This document shows, one piece after another, positions 62,301 to 64,000 of a DNA stretch of 64,000 nt. Position numbers and translations under genes: made by a program. The stretch lies in the NCBI GenBank assembly GCA_019894975.1, contig JAGXNO010000002.1, forward strand, positions 64,001 through 128,000. The letters run 5' to 3'. Within the stretch, counting starts at the first letter, position 1. Each line of letters opens with the position of its first letter. Source of the DNA: Promethearchaeota archaeon (GTDB lineage Archaea; Asgardarchaeota; Lokiarchaeia; Sigyniarchaeales; SOKP01). The notes beneath the pieces were generated by a model, which had not been told where the DNA came from, made no database searches, and saw nothing but the letters and a program-made list of their open reading frames with translations.

Positions 62301-63779
62301 CCTCACCTAATTTATGCTACTTGGAACAATAAATATAATTTTTCATATTTTATCCTCGATGCTCCCATAAATATTAACCTTGATATAAGTCCAGTACCTA
62401 GAGAAGTAAATCGATCTGGCACAATTGGAAGAAATTTCTTAATTCATGGATATTTAAACGATACCTCAAATGGAAATCATATAAGATTTAGTCAAATAGA
62501 AGTTCGTCTGTATAACGGCCCGACGGATGTCTCTTTTTACTTAAATGAGCCAAGATTCGTACAGCTTGGGGGAACAGGAGAAATTGATCTAACCTATTCT
62601 GTGTCTGCCTCGACGCCGGCAATAAATTACACTATCCAAGTGCTTTTTAATGGAATTTTTATTTATACAACTCCGTTCTATCCTCAATTCTTCAACCTAA
62701 ATTTTCTTACCAATATGACGGATATTGCAATCTGTTCTTATGATTTGGAAGTATTTGATCCGGATGATATAGCTATTAATTTCTTTATCGATGGAAATCC
62801 AACCTTACCATTTTATTGGGATGGAGAACCTCCTGAACGTTATACTGCAGGTGCTTCTGTCAACTTCAGTGTTTCTGTACTGCAAAGTGGAGTTCCAGTT
62901 ACTTCAGGCACAGTATCGTTTACTGATATTTTTACAGGTGATCCATTAGGAAATCCACTTGTAGTAGATGGATATGCTTCAATTTTAGTGGATACCTCAA
63001 GTTGGCACGGAGGTCTTCATCGAATAAGAACTCAATGGTCAGGCGCTGTTGCATTTAATATAACATATGTAATTATTAATGAGACAGTCAACATATTTTC
63101 TTCAATTGATAAAGCCTCAATATTGAGATCTGTTGATAGTTTCCGGGTTTCAGGAACTGTCCAAGAAGGGGGAGAATTTTTAACTGGATTAAGAGTTAAC
63201 TTAATCCTTTTAGATAGTACTTATAGTGACGTATCAGGATATTTAATTGGGCCTCAAACTTTAACCACAAATGCAGTTGGATATTATCAATTTGATAATA
63301 CAATAGATATTAGTTGCCCTCAAGGACAATACTATATCAGGATAGATTTTAATGGGACAATTGATGCTCCTGGTATATTCATGAGCGATTACATGATTCA
63401 TAATAGTAGCGTGCTTATTCCAATTGATATTATTGCTGGAACTACCATTAGTGGCAATTATGAAACTAATATTGTTAAAGATGATTGGTATTTTGGTGAC
63501 GATTGCTACGTTTATGGTTATTTAAATTGGGATAATGGAACTCCTATGGCAGTGATGGAAATCAATGTTACTATAAGGGATGGTACAGGTTCCATTCTAG
63601 CTACTCAAACCGGATTTACAGATGGGTTTGGTTTCTTTAATCTAACCTTTGTTGTAGGGGACTGGCCTGATAATGCAGAAGTATGGGTATACTTTTTCCC
63701 TGAGGATCCAATAAATTTTGGTATTCCTAATGGGTATTATATTCTAACTATACAAAAAGAATTTTTTAGAGCACCATAA
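59349..63779 (+). CDS. large membrane-anchored surface protein with inactive transglutaminase-like domain and tandem Ig-like repeats
   Basis: N-terminal TM; GVWSDFASAF / SRFIDGF / YSWSE / WVQID TGase fold pattern; repeated TDxxG.F and G.Y...DFNG units. Confidence 0.85.
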   Translation: MSDIRDELLGSTINKKRVIGVILVALLLVSVFAFSTAFFSFLFNSQRPSPNKQKDGLDYEYADPTPPPYPFDEDFWQDLLDQVDPEDIPELLDMLEEMFDGDIDDLDLGNFSEGLLDLLFSGAGEMEVFRVYDYLSFSNMSDVLWKYESFDQYTGTGWESTAGSDPYNFFTYGDYYSNYFPDPELLTLKMPISPNIGSNNLIMPSLFSIPFIMEGSISAPNLTGSEQLYKTDFNSTTMELSFTSDVDINMTFELFGEHLKSPFIINSSAVEASWTPAPIQSKYLQLPPTIEVYKSNNPYFSNHTDILNQTIIDANDNAFEVADKIRIYLQTQFSFPMSADDYDPAPDGMDVVEWFCETQQGVWSDFASAFCAFTRAFGVSSRFIDGFNSILIEEFFDNDEGKDGFAIKYKNLYSWSEIFVPTDVSGNGEWVQIDVFDSFGAGGNPFLGGNYNITVTPNKFWANRPDVINITATMSSNVGDPIDNNRLTFTDLTTGQEIGQDYTDSFGNASVLYNINNSHVIGPHIIEARYDFFTAGLNLITILGNIGVNLTNVNPMLVNRSDALPDAVNIQGNLYDPLNNERVMDASVNILLFQIGTSTQEFGAFIPSSILTDNNGVFDALLDLNPSVSAGQYEVRADFNGTWILYGFPFNVPTINDSSTRIGLNVTTALTTWFYIDGVASGNPNLPSVARYQTLNLTARVIEESFGPVSNKRVYFFDYTRGGIPIGSDVSDAQGYASINYLVGDNSSTGPNLLYSTIGSQTNFSYYVLNEEPIIHAISGPNPQVINRTGAGITQFNIIGNITESGDITKPLSYSVITLTLLNGGSNYSAYLVPLEGYPYQTDSSGYFDLTFGVAPNTPPGNYTLRLDFNGTVNLMSYPYPYLFNLPYINTSSFYSFDLEVQADSSFLFWIDGQPSDDAYNPIINRNDILNLTTYIHHAGTPIVNGEWVYFFDATQDNLFIGADQTNAGYAQVFYSTNLSTTAGPHLIYATWNNKYNFSYFILDAPININLDISPVPREVNRSGTIGRNFLIHGYLNDTSNGNHIRFSQIEVRLYNGPTDVSFYLNEPRFVQLGGTGEIDLTYSVSASTPAINYTIQVLFNGIFIYTTPFYPQFFNLNFLTNMTDIAICSYDLEVFDPDDIAINFFIDGNPTLPFYWDGEPPERYTAGASVNFSVSVLQSGVPVTSGTVSFTDIFTGDPLGNPLVVDGYASILVDTSSWHGGLHRIRTQWSGAVAFNITYVIINETVNIFSSIDKASILRSVDSFRVSGTVQEGGEFLTGLRVNLILLDSTYSDVSGYLIGPQTLTTNAVGYYQFDNTIDISCPQGQYYIRIDFNGTIDAPGIFMSDYMIHNSSVLIPIDIIAGTTISGNYETNIVKDDWYFGDDCYVYGYLNWDNGTPMAVMEINVTIRDGTGSILATQTGFTDGFGFFNLTFVVGDWPDNAEVWVYFFPEDPINFGIPNGYYILTIQKEFFRAP

Positions 63780-63807
63780 ATTTAGAATAGAGGTAGAATT
63801 TCATAGA

Positions 63808-64000
63808 ATGGTAAAACATAAAATAATAGGAAAAGCTAACCATCAGCGTTCTAAAAAGAAAACTTTAACCTCTCTCCTAATTCTTATATTTTTTATATTA
63901 TCTATTAACTTTTTCACTATATTCAATTTTTTCACAGAGCCCAACAATTCATATAATGAAAAGCACCCGAAAATGTCCTGGTTTTGGGCTACATTGGAAC
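63808..64000 (+). CDS. 5' part of a secreted or membrane protein (runs off window)
   Basis: MVKHKIIGK...LLILIFFILSINFFTIFNFF; open to the window end. Confidence 0.6.
   Translation, partial: MVKHKIIGKANHQRSKKKTLTSLLILIFFILSINFFTIFNFFTEPNNSYNEKHPKMSWFWATLE

Noticed and set aside
1-64000. CRISPR arrays, rRNA genes, IS transposases, inteins in mcm/top6/valS
   Set aside because: No regularly spaced repeats, rRNA-like sequence, transposase motifs or intein splice motifs were seen.

Overview
AT-rich archaeal DNA with the gene complement of an Asgard archaeon, most likely Lokiarchaeia (inferred from Loki-CTERM surface proteins, Rag-like and Rab-like GTPases and a uDENN/longin-like protein). The backbone is a chromosome-maintenance region: a degenerate Orc1/Cdc6, smc-scpA-scpB, top6B-top6A, GINS23 and mcm. 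It also carries valS, an intron-containing tRNA-Ala(CGC), a glycyl radical enzyme, an orphan DpnA-like methyltransferase, a MoxR-vWA-SWIM operon, EndoQ, coaBC, pyrE, an HDAC and a giant inactive transglutaminase-like surface protein. The main finding is that the smc-scpAB operon is split by a ~17.3 kb island (9803-27094) with no recognisable integrase. The island is bounded by two synonymously recoded copies of the last 219 bp of smc. A third, older smc 3' remnant lies inside it, 22 bp from a multi-zinc-ribbon PD-(D/E)XK endonuclease gene, and the 3' ~700 bp of the intact smc has foreign GC3-rich codon usage. This suggests an element that repeatedly replaces the smc 3' end, possibly by homing, and carries cell-surface cargo. 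Separately, the SMC itself appears to lack a canonical hinge. All calls come from reading motifs by eye; no database searches were run.
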